Origin: a virus
Lineage: Duplodnaviria > Caudoviricetes
Length of the DNA: 44,971 nucleotides
Reading direction: 5' to 3' (one strand)
Virus record (IMG/VR): IMGVR_UViG_3300031463_000426
Coordinates: 1 to 44,971 of that record
Positions 44,472-44,971 of this stretch are shown here, piece after piece (within the stretch, counting starts at the first letter, position 1; every line of letters begins with the position of its first letter). The notes beneath the pieces were generated by a model. The model had not been told where the DNA came from and made no database searches. It saw only the letters and a program-made list of their open reading frames with translations. The position numbers were made by a program, and so were the translations under genes.

Positions 44472-44500
44472 TTGACTCCCAAAAGGAGTTGAGCTATCAT
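44472..44500 (+). promoter_or_regulatory. Sigma70-type promoter, divergent from the late promoter
   Basis: TTGACT-N17-TATCAT; an ACTCC-CAAAA-GGAGT inverted repeat overlaps the -35 and spacer. Confidence 0.75.
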
Positions 44501-44541
44501 ATGGTCAATAGGAGGGAAATAACTAAACAGGGAGTAAAACA

Positions 44542-44971
44542 ATGCAAAGTCTTTCGGGCATTTTTTACCAGGGTCTGGACTGGGTGTATTCCCACCTGGG
44601 CAAATACAAGACCTTAGGGGATCCAGGGTACACTACGCTTTCCGCGGCCCTGGCCACTATCGGCTCCACCGAGATCACGTTAGTTATCCCCGCCGTGACG
44701 GTCGACATCACCAGTAACACCACCATCCCGGCCAATGTCCATCTGCTGGTGCTGAGGGGTGGCAAGTTCAATATCAGCGACGGCGTCACCCTAACCATCA
44801 ACGGGCCTTTCGAGGCCGGCCTCTATCAGGTGTTTTCCTGGACCGGCAGCGGCCAGGTGGTGTTTGGCGACGGCGCCCTGGAGTGGGCCTTGCCGGAGTG
44901 GTGGGGGGCCAAAGGCGACAACTCCACCGATTGTTCCGCGGCAATACAGGCCGCCTTCAAGGCGTGGTGGC
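44542..44971 (+). CDS. Partial tailspike/depolymerase-like protein (pectate-lyase-3 type N-terminus), runs off the window end
   Basis: Open to the end; L.AAL..IG....TL.I, T.TIP.NV.L....GG, TLTING..EAG.YQ.F, PEWWGAKGD..TD.SAAIQAA. Confidence 0.8.
   Translation, partial: MQSLSGIFYQGLDWVYSHLGKYKTLGDPGYTTLSAALATIGSTEITLVIPAVTVDITSNTTIPANVHLLVLRGGKFNISDGVTLTINGPFEAGLYQVFSWTGSGQVVFGDGALEWALPEWWGAKGDNSTDCSAAIQAAFKAWW

Noticed and set aside
1-44971. Temperate lifestyle/prophage call
   Set aside because: No integrase, CI-like repressor, att site or host flanking genes in the window; lifestyle cannot be determined

Overview
This window is most or all of a roughly 45 kb tailed-phage (Caudoviricetes) genome with podovirus-type (P22/T7-like) head, tail and ejection genes. 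No integrase, tRNA, rRNA or CRISPR array is visible. The + strand (107-16425) carries early/replication genes: a MoxR AAA plus vWA-metallopeptidase pair, low-GC hypothetical genes, a Cas4-like exonuclease/AAA_24/DUF669 recombination module, its own beta sliding clamp (dnaN), a ParB-methyltransferase fusion, a UDG-PolA fusion, a DUF3987 ATPase, two lipoproteins flanking a metacaspase, degenerate Gfo/Idh/MocA and NeuB homologues, and a stand-alone TSCPD protein. The - strand (44396 to 16410) carries the late operon: terS, terL, portal, scaffold, major capsid, three adaptor-like paralogues, fibres, an intein-interrupted trypsin-like protease, nozzle, GNAT, ejection proteins, GH19 endolysin and holin. 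A tailspike-like gene starts on the + strand at 44542 and runs off the end. The most notable observations are: (1) a set of unannotated protamine-like 'MAR...' micro-genes in the packaging module, one framed by RNA hairpins; (2) a LAGLIDADG intein inserted directly before the catalytic Ser of the protease; (3) an adjacent pair of catalytically eroded nonulosonate-pathway-type homologues; (4) a phage-encoded metacaspase. All family assignments come from motif recognition by eye, with no database searches.
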